Shown here: piece by piece, positions 22,030 to 34,237 of the stretch | Position numbering within the stretch: position 1 is the first letter of the stretch | How the letters are laid out: each line of letters starts with the position of its first letter | Source of the DNA: Hemiscyllium ocellatum | Lineage: Eukaryota | Assembly (NCBI RefSeq): GCF_020745735.1 | Contig: NW_026867526.1 | Span: forward strand, 474,416 to 538,415 | Direction: 5' to 3' | DNA: 64,000 nucleotides | Notes under the pieces: model-generated | What the model was told of the DNA's origin: nothing | Database searches by the model: none | Seen by the model: the letters and a program-made list of their open reading frames with translations, nothing else | Made by a program: the position numbers and the translations under genes

Positions 22030-24810
22030 CCACTTGATGTGCGTGCAAATGTAGAGGCAGCATTCATGAGGCTGGAAAGTGAAGCAATAATAAAACCACT
22101 ATATTTACTGTATCCACTGTAATGGTCGTCGCCATTGTGGGTCAGTTTGCCTTTGTGGAGATTTTGATGAAACAGTGATCTGTATTTTGCAGCCAGATAA
22201 ATAACCGATCCATCACATTGAGGAATTAAATGCAAAACTTTATAGGCTTTGTACTTCATGAAGCTGGATATGAGCCATGTGAAACTGCCATTGTGATTTG
22301 ATGAAGATTCCCATCAATATGCTACAATTACCAATATCCGAGACTGCTTTTTGTGTTGGGATATCATCAACTTGTGAAATTGTCCAGTGAACAATGGAGA
22401 ACGTTTCACTAGGTGTACCCCAGGATACAGTCGTTATGAATAATGTACGAATAACCGGGAAGAGGATTTTGAGAGAGTGTGCACAGCAATTAAATGGTTC
22501 TCCAGGGTCTTAGAAGGAAAAATGTGTATTCCAAGGCATTCCAAGTAACCTCCTTGAGCTATAGCATCATCAAGACCAGGTTAAACACATTGGAAAATTA
22601 AGTGAGGTCAATCAAGGGTGCCCTGGCACCCAGCAGAGCTTCGATCTTACCTTGGTTTGGTGAAATATTATGGATGCTTCTGTAATGTCCTGGCTTCCAT
22701 CTTGGCAGCTTGGATTTGCTATTCAGAAATGATCAGCATTGCAAATGATCTCATCGCCCAGAAGTAATCTTCAGGGAAGTGAAAAAGCAGGTATTGTAGA
22801 TGGTGTTGGCACACAATAAAGTTCCCATTGAGATGTGGTGCTGACATGTGATGCCTCCCAATACAGTTTGAGATGACTGCTGGCTCACTGATGCCTTGGC
22901 AGACATGGTATATGTTTCTCAAACTTTGTCTAATGTCAAATGAAGACATGTCCAGATAGAGAAGGAAGGTTTGGTGGTAATCCTTTGTGTGAGAAAGTGA
23001 CACCAATACCTTTTAGGACATCAATTTGAAATATAAATGGACCACAAACCGTTGCCAGGGAGACCTGATGGTATCAGGGCCATCACACCTCAAGCTTCAG
23101 GTCAGATTCAGTGGGCTGTCATGCTGAGTGCATAAACCCTCAGAAACCTGTGTGAGCAATCATGTGTTAAATGCAGTTGCGTGAAGCCTACTCCCTCTGG
23201 TGGATACACCATGGTGGGTGCCAGCAGTGAAAGAGTCTGTTCTGGTTTTAAACATTGCGGGCATGCTTCCCATCATCTCTGACAATCTCAGACTGTGGGT
23301 ACAAAAAGATCCCTTCCTGGTGAATCACAAACAGCTGGTGGTGTTGGAAATGAAAGGAGCATCACAACCAGAATTGAATCCTTTCTGGACTTGGTGAGAC
23401 TAGATGTCCATTGAGGATGGCATAGTAATACGGGGAGCAAGTGTGTTTGTCCCAAGCAAAGGTCACTGTCAGATACTGGCTGAACTCCACCAGGATCATC
23501 CTGTGATTTCCAAAATGAAGATGTTGACAAGATGTTTTGTCTGGTGGCCGGGATCAGATGCCGACGCAGCCATGTTTGTGGGTCAATGGCTGGAGTGCCA
23601 ACAAAGACAAAGATTGCCACCAGCAACTGCACCCCATCCATAGAACTGGTCAGGTAACATCTGGACACAGTTGCACGTCAACTGTGCCAGTGCTTTCATG
23701 GTGGTTATCCATTTAATCATTGTGTACACACAATGTGGTTGGATGTGCATGTCGTGCATTTGTCAAATGTGGGGATGACAATTGAAAAGTTGTGAGGATC
23801 TTTTACAGTACACAGAAACTGGACATGCTGGTCCCAGCTAGCAGGCCATCATTTAGCAGGAGGGAGCCTTGTGTCTTTCTTAAAGTGGAATGATATTCAG
23901 CATGTAAGGACAGCTGCATCTGTTGTCTGATAGTCTGGGGGAAAGAGCAGTTCAAACATTGAAAGAAAGTTTAAAGATACAGCCTGCAACTTTAGTCAAT
24001 ACACAAGTGTCCCAATTTGTGATTGATTATAGAACCAGCACTCACACAAATACAGGAACAGAAGCATTGGTATTGCAGAGAAGACTCCACTCCAGATTAA
24101 ATCTGATGTTCTTCCACCTTGTGGAGTGTGTGAAAAGGTGTCATGAACACCAATGCTGGCCGGAAGGTATTTCTATACGAGAGAGGCAGTTTAGGCCAGG
24201 AGACAAAATTTGCTGTTAAAGCGATTGGAATTGCCATGTATGTGTAAGAGGCATGGTCGAATGATGTACACTTCTCAAGGCAGAGAGGTGATCCTGATTC
24301 AGTATTTGTGTCAACCGATACCTATAACATCAAAAGTGGGGCAGGAAGAAAACATACCCAGCCACACGGAACATCCAACAGGCTGCCAGAAACTGTGGGT
24401 TCTCCCTGTCCTCCCAGTGTCCAAGAAACCTCTGAGGGCAAGATTGACATGGCAGATATCGCAGCCTTGATGCCATTACCACCAGCAGAAAAAGATGAAT
24501 TCCTGCTGAGATGCTCAATGGGCAAGAGGTAGGCAGCAGTCCAGTACATGCCAGCAGTATCTGCGCCAGACTCCGTGGAACCAAATCTGGTGTAAGCATG
24601 CCCCAGGAGAGGCAACAGCAAACAGAATGGGCCTTTTTCTCAGGACTGCAGAGTGGTGGACCTCACTGGATATGATTTCCCCGATTGGGGCAGTTAACCT
24701 GGTCCAATCAGGCAGTCCAGGCAGACAGATGTGTTAGCAGTTCTGCTCACTTGAGTTTCCAGCTCTGTAAAGTCTTGCTGAAGTATTACACAGTGTGCAT
24801 GTGTACATTG
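22030..24810 (+). mobile_element. Gypsy pol (RT-RNaseH-integrase) pseudogene, PPT/LTR remnant (monomer 2)
   Basis: Integrase zinc finger SIEDGIVIRGASVFVP...ELHQDHPVISKMKML...WWPG (23404-23643); core GERAVQTLK...DYRT..H..TG (23923-24219). Confidence 0.9.
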
Positions 24811-24819
24811 TTGATTTGC

Positions 24820-25450
24820 TTCGCCCAGCATATTACACGCAAGGAGCTCAGCTTTACCATATCTTGGATGGAACAGAGATGGCCATCCACCCGATGAGGA
24901 AGATGACAGCTGCAAATGGCTCTTCCCTTGAGGCATTGATGTGTGAAGTACTGAGCTCCCAGTGCAGTTGAATTCCCTTGCCTGAATGATCTGGAAGGAG
25001 GAGGGCACCCCAGGAGAGCTCCCAGATGACAAAGTCATTAGTGCTTTCAAAAATGGCAACATGTCAGACTGTTGTAACCACAGGGGATTATTCCAGATGT
25101 TGGCCACTGGAAACTCACCATCAACTGTCTCTTCCCTGTGGCTGAGGAACTCCTCCCAGAGTCTCAGCGTCAGTCAACCATAGTTAAGCACAATGGACAT
25201 GGTTTTCAATGCTGTATATGTCCCTTTTGAACCTTATAAAGGCCTTTGACACCATCAGTTGGGAAGCATTTGTCGAACATTCTTTTCCGCTTAGTTGCAG
25301 CTTGAAGTTTGTAACCATCCTTTGACACTTCCACAAATGTCTATAAGTAATCGTAATGACAAACTGCTTCAATACTTACCCAGTTGAGCAGGGCTGTCTG
25401 ATCAACTCAACACTGTTCTGAATTGACCTCGCTGCAGGGTGTCATTGCTG
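24820..25450 (+). mobile_element. RTE LINE RT fragment (monomer 3)
   Basis: IWKEEGTPGELPDDKVISAFKNGNMSDCCNHRG. Confidence 0.85.
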
Positions 25451-25561
25451 ACAATCTGCCCAGTTTTGAGCCCAGGTGGCTTTTATTGTAGTCCTGCATT
25501 TTCGCTGTCCCAGAAGCTCTTGTTGGGCTTCAGTTTGAGGGTCAAGGTACTTTTCTTTGAA

Positions 25562-25855
25562 GGGTGCGGCACAGTGGTTAGCAATGCTGCCTCACAGCGC
25601 CAGAGACCTGGGTTCCATTCCTGCCTCAGGCAACTGTCTGTGTGGAGTTTGCACATTCTCCCTGTGTTTGCATGGGTTTCCTCTGTGTGCTCCAGATTCC
25701 TCCCACAGTCCAAAAATTTGCAGGTTAGGTAAATTGGCCATTCTAAATTGCCATTCGTATTTGTTGAGGGGGTAAATGTTGAGGAATGGGTCTGGGTGGG
25801 TTGCTCTTTGGAGGGTCAGTGTGGGCTTGTTTCCACACTGTAAGTAATCTAGTCT
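25562..25855 (+). mobile_element. HE1 SINE shared by both higher-order copies
   Basis: A/B boxes and tail; same site as 54973-55285. Confidence 0.92.
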
Positions 25856-25954
25856 GTGAGCAGTTGTAGGACCTCTGGGTTTTAACAAGTATTGTTCCTT
25901 TCCCAGGAGTGTTCCATAGCAACAAAGCAGAGAACATTTTTTAATTTCGTTGAA

Positions 25955-26050
25955 AAGAGCAAATGCTGGAGATCACAGTGGGTCAGACAGCATCCATGAG
26001 AGAGAGCAAGCTAAGTTTTAGTGTCGGGATGTCTCCTCATCAGAGCTGTT
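25955..26050 (-). mobile_element. Penelope pLTR module with decayed hammerhead (monomer 3)
   Basis: cagct-CTGATGA-...-AAAA-ctt-agct. Confidence 0.75.
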
Positions 26051-26279
26051 CATTTATTGTTTGTTTTCTGTGATTTACTTGAGGTTAGTTTTATATTGGC
26101 CCCTTGTGACCCCTGCCCACGAGTGCTTGGTGGGGACTGAGGCCAGGGATAGCCAGTTTTTGATTATTTATTTCCTTCTGACTTTGCCCAGAGGGAATAG
26201 TTTTTTTTTGTTTTAGAAATTGACAGCAGGTTTAGTTTCTGTTTTAAGAGCAGAGTGTATGCCACAGTGTGGTGCCTGA

Positions 26280-27215
26280 TCTGGGAATGTCTGTTGCAGG
26301 CAGTGGAGGTTGTTTTTCAGGCTGGAGGCTTGAGGGGAAGACAGGAATGGATGCGGGGTCCAATTCCATTTTTCATTTATGTAAAAGATTTCAATGAGAA
26401 TATAGGATGCATGGTTTGTGAGGAATGGCAGTTCGAGTTTAATTTTAATAAATGCAATGTGGTGCATTCAGGTAAGAGGGACAGGACAAAGTATACACAG
26501 TTCATAGTAGGGCTTGTGAAGTGTTGTCAAACAGAGAGACCTCAGAGTTGGCAGAATGTCTTGGTGGCCAAGTACATCGATCCCTGAAATATCCCACCCA
26601 GGTTGGTAGGCCTGTCAAGAAAGCATACGATGTTAGCTTTTCTTGGTAGAGGTATTGAGTTTCTGAGCCATGAGGTCATGTTGCAGCTGTAGAAAACTCT
26701 GGTGTGGCCACACTTGGTGTATTGTGTGCTTTTTGGTTACTGCATTATAGGAAGGATGCAGATTGTTTGGAAAAGGTTCACAGGCAATTTATTAGGATGT
26801 TGTCTGGTCTGAAGGGAAGTTCTTTTGAAGAAAGGCTGAGGGACTTGAGGCTGTTTTCATTAGAGAGAAGGTTGAGAGGTGAATTAATTGAAGTATCTGA
26901 GGTAATCCGAGGATTCAGGGTAGAGAGTGAGAGCCTTTTTCAACGGATAGTGATGGCTCGCATGAGGGGACACAGCTTTAAATCGAGGAGTGATTGATAC
27001 AGGACAGTTGTCAGAGGTAGTTTCATTACTCAGAGTTGTACGGGTGTGGAATGCCCTGCCTGCAACTGTTGTAGACTCACCAAATTTATGGGAATTTAAA
27101 TGGTCGTTGGATAAACTATGGATGAAAATGAAATTTTGTGCAGGATAGATGGGCTTCAGATTGGTTCCACAAGTCATCGCATCATCGAGGGTTGAAGGAC
27201 CTGTGCTGCGCTCTA
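26280..27215 (+). mobile_element. CR1 RT to 3' tail (monomer 3)
   Basis: ORF 26704-26997 HYRKD...LEKVHRQFIRML...LFSLERRLRGELIEV; tail ctattctatgt. Confidence 0.88.
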
Positions 27216-27216
27216 A

Positions 27217-27770
27217 TGGTCTCTATTCTATGTCCTGAACAAACGTGCAGATAACATGATAGCTGCAAATTCTCATGTAGCCAGTCTCAAAACATACCCA
27301 GCCACTCAGAACATCCAGCACGGCTGTCCGAAGCTGTGAGTTCTCCCAGTCTCCCCAGCCTGGAAGAAACCTCTGAGGGCAAGATGGATGCGGCAGATGT
27401 CTCAGCCTTGACACCTTTTACCTACCAGCAGAAGAAGAAAAATCTTTTCTGCGACGCAAGAAGTTGGCCACTGTACAGCACTGGCACCATTGGTCAAGCC
27501 AGAGTCCGAGGAAGTGGACCGAGTGGGAAAGTAACTCAGGAAAGTGACAGGAAAGAGAATGGGCCCATGTCCCAGGGCTTAGAGGAGGATGGAGGTAATG
27601 ATTGGAACGTAGTCACCCAGTGAATGTCATGAAGTATACTTCCCCTGGTTGGGCTCATCCCCTGGTCCAAGCAGGGAGACCTGACTGGCAGGTGTGTCAG
27701 GGGTTCTGCTCACTCGAGGAGACATCTGTGCAAAGACTAGGTCAGTGTCATGTCCTGTGCATGTGTAAAT
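27217..27770 (+). mobile_element. Gypsy pol 3' end, PPT, LTR remnant (monomer 3)
   Basis: PSLEETSEGKMDAADVSALTP; ttagaggaggatggag PPT-like tract. Confidence 0.75.
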
Positions 27771-27779
27771 TGTTGACGT

Positions 27780-28440
27780 GCACCCCGCAGCATGTTGCAC
27801 GCAAGGACCTCAGCAGGAATCAAGCCTTAGATGAGACAAAGAAGATTGTTCTCCATCTTAAGAATGAGACTGCGGGTGCAAGTGGTACTCCCCCTGAGTG
27901 CGGAGATACTGAGCTCCCAGTGTAGCTGCATGCCCTTGTCTGTTTTACCTGGAAGGAGGAGAACATCCCAGGAGTGTTCCCAAATGCCACAGTTGTGAGT
28001 GTTATCAAAAAATGGTACACGTCAGACTGTGGTAACTCCAGGGGAATATCCTCAATGTCGAGCATTGGAAAACCTATCGCCAAGGTCCTGTTCAACTCTC
28101 TCATTCTAGTGCCTGAGGACCTCCTCCTGGAGACTCAGTCTGGCTTTCTGTCACAGAGGACCAGAAGGGACATGATTTTCACTGCTGCATATAGCATTCT
28201 TCGACCTTATAAAGGCGTTTGACACCATCAATCAGGAAGCATTTTTGAAGTGTTCTTCACCACTTTAGTTACAGCATGACATTTGTCACCACCCTTCTCC
28301 TGGTCCACAATGACAGATGTCATCATTATGACAAATGGCTTCAACACCTGCCCGTTGCCCCTTTGAACTGGTGGCGAGCAGGGTTGTGTCATCACCACAA
28401 CACTCCTGAACCTAAGTTGCTGCAGGACCACTCCACCGAC
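27780..28440 (+). mobile_element. RTE LINE RT fragment (monomer 4)
   Basis: SDCGNSRGISSMSSIGKPIAKVLFNSL...ETQSGF. Confidence 0.85.
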
Positions 28441-28649
28441 AAGCTGCCCACATTTACTCCAAGGGGGCTTTTGTTTTAGTCCTGCACTGTTGTTGTCCCA
28501 AAAACACTTGATGGGGTTCAGTGTGAGTGATAAATTATTTTCAGTTGAAATGAGCAGGTGTACTTCCTCTGGATTGCAACCCATTGTTGTTCTTTTCCCA
28601 GGAGTGTTCAATAGCGACATAACAGAGAGGGTTTATTCTTTGAAAAAAC

Positions 28650-28740
28650 CAAATGCTGGATATTACTGCAGGTCAGACAGCATCCATGAGAGAGAGCAAG
28701 CTAGGATATAGAGTCTAGATGACTCCTCAGCAGAGCTGTT
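28650..28740 (-). mobile_element. Penelope pLTR module (monomer 4)
   Basis: cagct-CTGCTGA-g gagtc atcta gactc; GAAA lost. Confidence 0.7.
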
Positions 28741-28789
28741 CATTTATTGATTGTTTTCTTTGATTGACTAAAGTTTCTTTTTATGAGGC

Positions 28790-29365
28790 TACAGGTGCAA
28801 TAGGTATTCCCCTGAGGCATTGAGGTGGATGGGCACTGAGCTCCCAATGCAGCTGCATGCCCTTGTCTGCCTTACCTGGAAGGAGGGGAGCATCCCAGGA
28901 GAGCTCCCAGATGCCACAGTTGTGAGTGTTTTCACAAGAGAACGTGTGAGGCTGTGCTAACTACAGCAAAATCTCCCTGATGTCGACCATTGGAAAATGT
29001 ATCACCAAGGTTCTTGTCAACTCTCTCCTGCCTGTGCCTGAGGAACCCATCCCGGAATTTCCCTGTTCTTCAGCGCCAGACGGGAACAAAGGACATGATT
29101 TTTACTGTTATATACGGTGCTCTTAGAACTTCCAAAGTCCTTTGACACCATCAAACAGGAAGCATCTGTGGAGCATTCTTCTCTGATTTAGTTGCATCAT
29201 GAAACTTGTCACCATCCCTCACCTGGTCCAGAACGATGTGTGAGTCATTTTAAAGACAAATGGTTTCAACACTGACCCATTCTGCCTCTGACCCAGTGTC
29301 GAGTAGGGCAATGTCATCACCACAAAACAGCTCTGAATCTACTTCACTGCAGGACCTCACCTCAG
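28790..29365 (+). mobile_element. RTE LINE RT fragment (monomer 5)
   Basis: Same RTE segment ending QDLTSDKLP. Confidence 0.85.
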
Positions 29366-29589
29366 ATAAGCTGCCCACTTTTAGACCAAGGTGGCTTGTA
29401 TTGAAGTCTTGCAATATCGCTAACCAGAAACCCTTGATGGTAGTCCATGTAAGCAGTTCATTGTTTTTAGTTGAAATGAGCAGGTGTCCTTCCTCTGGAT
29501 TTTTAACCATTCCCAGATATCCTCCGTAGGAATGTTCAACATCGACAGAGCGGAGAGAGGTGATTTTTAACATAATTTTTGTTGAAATG

Positions 29590-29680
29590 AACAAATGCTG
29601 GAGATTACAGCTGGTCAGAGAAAATCCGTGAGAGAGAGCAAGCTAAGATTTTGTGTTCAGATGACCGTGCATTTGAGCTG
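29590..29680 (-). mobile_element. Penelope pLTR module (monomer 5), strongly decayed
   Basis: aaatgctggagattacag...gagagagcaagctaag...gagctgttc. Confidence 0.65.
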
Positions 29681-30164
29681 TTCATTTGTTGTTTGTTTTA
29701 GTTGACAAACTTGACTTTATTTTATTTTGACACTGTGTGACCCATGCCCAGAAGTGGTTGGTGGACACAGGGAGAGCCAATTTTTAATTGTTTATTTCCT
29801 TCTGTTTTTCCCTCAAGGAGAAGTGTCCTTTTTGTTTTATAACGTGAAAGCAGCTTGTGTTTCTGTTTTGGAAGTGTAGAGTGCTATGTCTATTTGGATG
29901 AGCGTGTTGCACAGACTGGGTGTTGGTTATCAGTCTGGAGGCTTGTGATGAATATATGAATTGGTGATGTGTCCGGTGCCGTTTGTCATTTATGTAAAGG
30001 ATTTGGTTGAGAAAATAGGGCGCATGGTTTGTAAGGAGTGTTAGGCAGATTATAATTTTGATACATGCAAAATGGTGCATTTAGGTTTGAGGAACAAGCC
30101 AAGACCACATTTGGAACGGCCTGTAGAGTGTTGTCAAACAGAGAGTCCGAGGGTTGACAAAACC

Positions 30165-31448
30165 TCTACAGTGCGGAAGTAGGCCATTTGGCACAACAGA
30201 CCCACACTATCAGTCTCATTTCCCTTACGTGCAAAAGTAGAGGCACACATCAAGAGCCTGGAAAGCTAACGATGATCAAACCACTGCAGTGTGCCCTATG
30301 TGCAGCACTGTTCGAACCCATTGTATCAATTTGTCTATGTGGAGATTTTAAAGATTTGATGAGAGAATTTTTGAAGCCAGGTATAAAACTGATGCATCAT
30401 GTTGAGGACTTGGCTGGAAAACCGTAGATGCCTGGTCATTGACAAAGCTGGATATGTGTCATACGAATGTAGCATTATGCTTCAATGAGGATTCCCGTAA
30501 ATATGCTACAGTTAATACCCATAAAGGGTGTAACCACTGTATTTGACTGCATTTGTTTTGGGATATCGTCAGCCAATGTATCGTTCCAGTGAATGGCCAA
30601 GAACTGTTTACAAGGTCTACCCATGGTCCCTATTTCTATGAAGATTTGCTAATCACAGGGGAGATCAATAAAGATCATTTAATGTTTATCCAAGACCTTA
30701 GGAAGGAAGAAAATGTGTTCCAAGGCACCCCAAGTGACGTAATTGAGCTACTGCATGGACAAGTGGGTAAGACAGATTTGAAGATAAAGCGAGGACAACC
30801 AAGAGTTCATCGGCTCTTACGTCTGCATTGGAGCTTCAGTCTTTCCTTGGGTTAGTGAATTATTACGGAAAATTGTGTAATCACCTGGCCTCCATTTTGG
30901 CAGCTGAGATTTGCAATTGAGAAGGGCCTGCATTGCAAATACTCACATCGCCAAGAAGAACCCTTATTGGAATTGAAAAAGCAGCTATCATCATTTAATG
31001 CCTTGGCAGAGAATGATCTCCAGTCAGATGTGGTACTGACGTACAAAGCGTCACCATCTGGTATCCAGTTACTGCTAGCTCACCGACAGAAGGGATTGCC
31101 TGGTCGTACTTGCTTCCCAGAGTTTGGCTGATGCTGAATGAAAATGCATCCAGATGGAGATGGAATGTTTGGCAGTAACCTTTTGTGTGAGAAAGTTCAG
31201 CCAATAGATTCCTGCAGTTATCTTTGATGTAGCAATGCATCACAAAACCCTGCTAGAGCTACCTGGAGAAGGCAGGGCTATCCCACTTCCAGCTTGAGGT
31301 TAAATTCAGAAGTGAGCTCTTATTCTGAGTGCATGGATTTACAGCTTGGAACACCATATCTGCAGTCAACTGGTTAATGCCTGAAGTCACCATGGCACGT
31401 GCCACCAAAGGAAGAGTTCATTTTAGTTTTAACCATTCTGCATCCCTT
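30165..31448 (+). mobile_element. Gypsy RT-RNaseH remnant (monomer 5, left of CR1 insertion)
   Basis: YEDLLITGE (decayed YxDD region), RNaseH remnants. Confidence 0.85.
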
Positions 31449-31737
31449 AGAACATAGAACATAGAACAATACAGCACAGAACAGGCTCTTCGGCCCACGA
31501 TATTGTGCCGAACATCTATCCTAGATTAAGCACCCATCCATGTACCTATCCAATTGCCGTTTAAAGGTCGCCAATGATTCTGACTCTACACTCCCACGGG
31601 CAGCGCATTCCATGCCCCCACCACTCTCTGGGTAAAGAACCCACCCCTGACATCTCCCCTATACCTTCCACCCTTCACCTTAAATTTATGTCCCCTTGTA
31701 ACACTCTGTTGTACCCGGGGAAAAAGTTTCTGACTGT

Positions 31738-33195
31738 CTACTCTATCATTTCTCTGATCATTTTATAAACCTCTATCAAGTCACCCCTCATCCTTCGCCG
31801 TTCCAACGAGAAAAGACCGAGAACTCTCAACCTATCCTCGTACGACCTATTCTCCATTCCAGGCAACATCCTGGTAAATCTTCTCTGCACCCTCTCCAAA
31901 GCTTCCACATCTTTCCTAAAGTGAAGCGACCAGAACTGCACACAGTACTCCAAATGTGGCCTAACCAAAGTCCTGTACAGCTGCAACATCACTTCACGAC
32001 TCTTGAATTCAATCCCTCTGCTAATGAACGCTAATACACCATAGGCCTTCTTACAAGCTCTATCCACCTGAGTGGCAACTTTCAAAGATCTATGTACATA
32101 GACCCCAAGATCCCTCTCTTCCTCCACCTGACTAAGAACCCTACCGTTAACCCTGTATTCCGCATTCTTATTTGTTCTTCTAAAATGGACAACCTCACAC
32201 TTGGCAGGGTTGAACTCCATCTGCCATTCCTCAGCCCAGATCTGCATCATATCTAAGTCCCTTTGCAGCCGACAACAGCCCTCCTCACTGTCCACAACTC
32301 TACCAATCTTGGTATCATCTGCAAATTTACTGACCCACCCTTCAACTCCCTCATCCAAGTCATTAATAAAAATTACAAACAGCAGAGGACCCAGAACTGA
32401 TCCCTGCGGGACTCCACTTGTAACTGGGCTCCAGGCTGAATATTTACCATCCACCACCACTCTCTGACTTCGACCGGCTAGCCAGTTTTCTATCCAATTG
32501 GCCAAATTTCCCTCTATCCCATGTCTCCTGACTTTCCACATAAGCCTACCATGGGGAACCTTATCAAATGCCTTACTAAAATCCATGTACACTACATCCA
32601 CTGCTCTACCCTCATCCACATGCTTGGTCACCTCCTCAAAGAATTCAATAAGACTTGTAAGGCAAGACCTACCCTTCACAAATCCGTGCTGGCTGTCCCT
32701 AATCAAGCAGTGTCTTTCCAGATACTCATAAATCCTATACCTCAGTACCCTTTCCATTACTTTGCCTACCACAGAAGTAAGACTAACTGGCCTGTAATTC
32801 CCGGGGTTATCCCTATTCCCTTTTTCGAACCGGGGCACAACATTCGCTACTCTCCAGTCCCCTGGTACCACCCCCGTTGACAGTGAAGACGAAAAGATCA
32901 TTGCCAACGGTACTGCAATTTCCTCTCTTGCTTCCCACATAATCCTAGGATATATCCTGTCAGGCCCAGGGGACTTGTCTATCCTCAAGTTGTTCAAAAT
33001 GTCCAATACATCTTCCTTCCTAACAAGTATCTCTTCTAGCTTACCAGTCAGTTTCACACTCTCCTCTTCAACAATACAGTCCCTCTCGTTCGTAAATACT
33101 GAAGAAAAGTACTCATTCAAGACCTCTCCTATCTCTTCCGACTCAATACACAATCTTGGGGGGCCTATAGTAAACACCCAACAAGGTGACTGCAC
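31738..33195 (-). CDS. CR1 ORF2 linker + complete RT domain (485 aa open)
   Basis: PGNYRPVSLTS, QHGFVKGRSC, YMDFSKAFD, SGVPQGSVLGP, KFADD. Confidence 0.88.
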   Translation of the reverse strand: MQSPCWVFTIGPPRLCIESEEIGEVLNEYFSSVFTNERDCIVEEESVKLTGKLEEILVRKEDVLDILNNLRIDKSPGPDRIYPRIMWEAREEIAVPLAMIFSSSLSTGVVPGDWRVANVVPRFEKGNRDNPGNYRPVSLTSVVGKVMERVLRYRIYEYLERHCLIRDSQHGFVKGRSCLTSLIEFFEEVTKHVDEGRAVDVVYMDFSKAFDKVPHGRLMWKVRRHGIEGNLANWIENWLAGRSQRVVVDGKYSAWSPVTSGVPQGSVLGPLLFVIFINDLDEGVEGWVSKFADDTKIGRVVDSEEGCCRLQRDLDMMQIWAEEWQMEFNPAKCEVVHFRRTNKNAEYRVNGRVLSQVEEERDLGVYVHRSLKVATQVDRACKKAYGVLAFISRGIEFKSREVMLQLYRTLVRPHLEYCVQFWSLHFRKDVEALERVQRRFTRMLPGMENRSYEDRLRVLGLFSLERRRMRGDLIEVYKMIREMIE

Positions 33196-33625
33196 CTTTC
33201 CTATTTCTGACTTCAGCCCATACTACCTCCAAAGGCAGATCCCCCTCAAACTTCCTTTCTGCAGCCATTATACCATTTCTAATTAGCAATGCCACCCCCC
33301 TCCTTTTTTACCACCCTCCCTAATCTTACTGAAACATCTGTAACCAGGAACCTCCAACAACCATTCCTGTCCCTCATCTATCCACGTTTCCGTGATGGCC
33401 ACAACATCGTAGTCCCAGATACCAATCCACACCTTAAGTTTACCCACCTTATTTCTGATACTCCTTGCGTTGAAGTATACGCACTTGAGCCCATCTCTGT
33501 GTCCGCAAGTATTCCCTGTCAGTGCTACCTTCTCCACAGCCTCCCTACATTCTTGGACATCCTGACAAACAGCTAGCTTACTTGCTGGACTACAAGTCCG
33601 GATCCCATCCCCCTGCCAAATTAGT

Positions 33626-34237
33626 TTAAACCCCCCCCCGAAGAGTGCTAGCAAACCTACCCCCCAGGATATTGGTGCCCTTCTGGTTCAGGTGCAACCC
33701 GTCCTGTTTGTACAGGTCCCACCTTCCCCAGAATGCAATCCAATTGTCCAAATACCTGAAGCCCTCCCTCCTACACCATCCTTGCAGCCACGTGTTCAAC
33801 TGCACTCTCTCCCTATTCCTTGCCTTGCTGTCACATGGCACCAGCAACAACCCAGAGATGACGACTCTGTCCGTCCTAGCTTTTAGCTTCCAGCCTAACT
33901 CCCTGAGCTCTTGAATGACCTCCCCGCCCCTCTTCCTACCTATGTCGTTGGTGCCAATGTGTACCACGACTTCTGGCTGCACACCCTCCCCCTTAAGGAT
34001 TTTGAAGACACGGTCCGAGACGTCTCGGACCCTGGCACCCGGGAGGCAACAAACCATCCGAGAGTCTCGCCCATGTCCACAGAACCGCCTGTCCGTCCCT
34101 CTAACTAGAGAGTCTCCTATAACTAGCGCTCTCCTCCTCTCCCCCTTTCCCTTCTGAGTCTCAGAGCCAGACCTCACGCCACAGACCCCGTCATTGCAGC
34201 TTACACCTGCAAGGCTGTCCCCCCCAACAGTTTCCAA
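33626..34237 (-). CDS. CR1 ORF1 SGNH esterase domain
   Basis: VIGDSLVRG, CLPGA, VHIGTNDI, DGLHLN; zinc-finger/coiled-coil N-terminus in separate ORF 34388-34573. Confidence 0.88.
   Translation of the reverse strand: METVGGDSLAGVSCNDGVCGVRSGSETQKGKGERRRALVIGDSLVRGTDRRFCGHGRDSRMVCCLPGARVRDVSDRVFKILKGEGVQPEVVVHIGTNDIGRKRGGEVIQELRELGWKLKARTDRVVISGLLLVPCDSKARNRERVQLNTWLQGWCRREGFRYLDNWIAFWGRWDLYKQDGLHLNQKGTNILGGRFASTLRGGV

Noticed and set aside
22030-24640. Active or domesticated Gypsy integrase gene family
   Set aside because: Every copy has many stops and frameshifts, the YxDD box is decayed, and no gag or 5' LTR is present
25975-26010. CACAGTG heptamers recurring once per monomer, suggesting V(D)J recombination signals
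   Set aside because: Part of the pLTR or HE1 sequence; no nonamer at 12/23 spacing and no V, D or J coding segments
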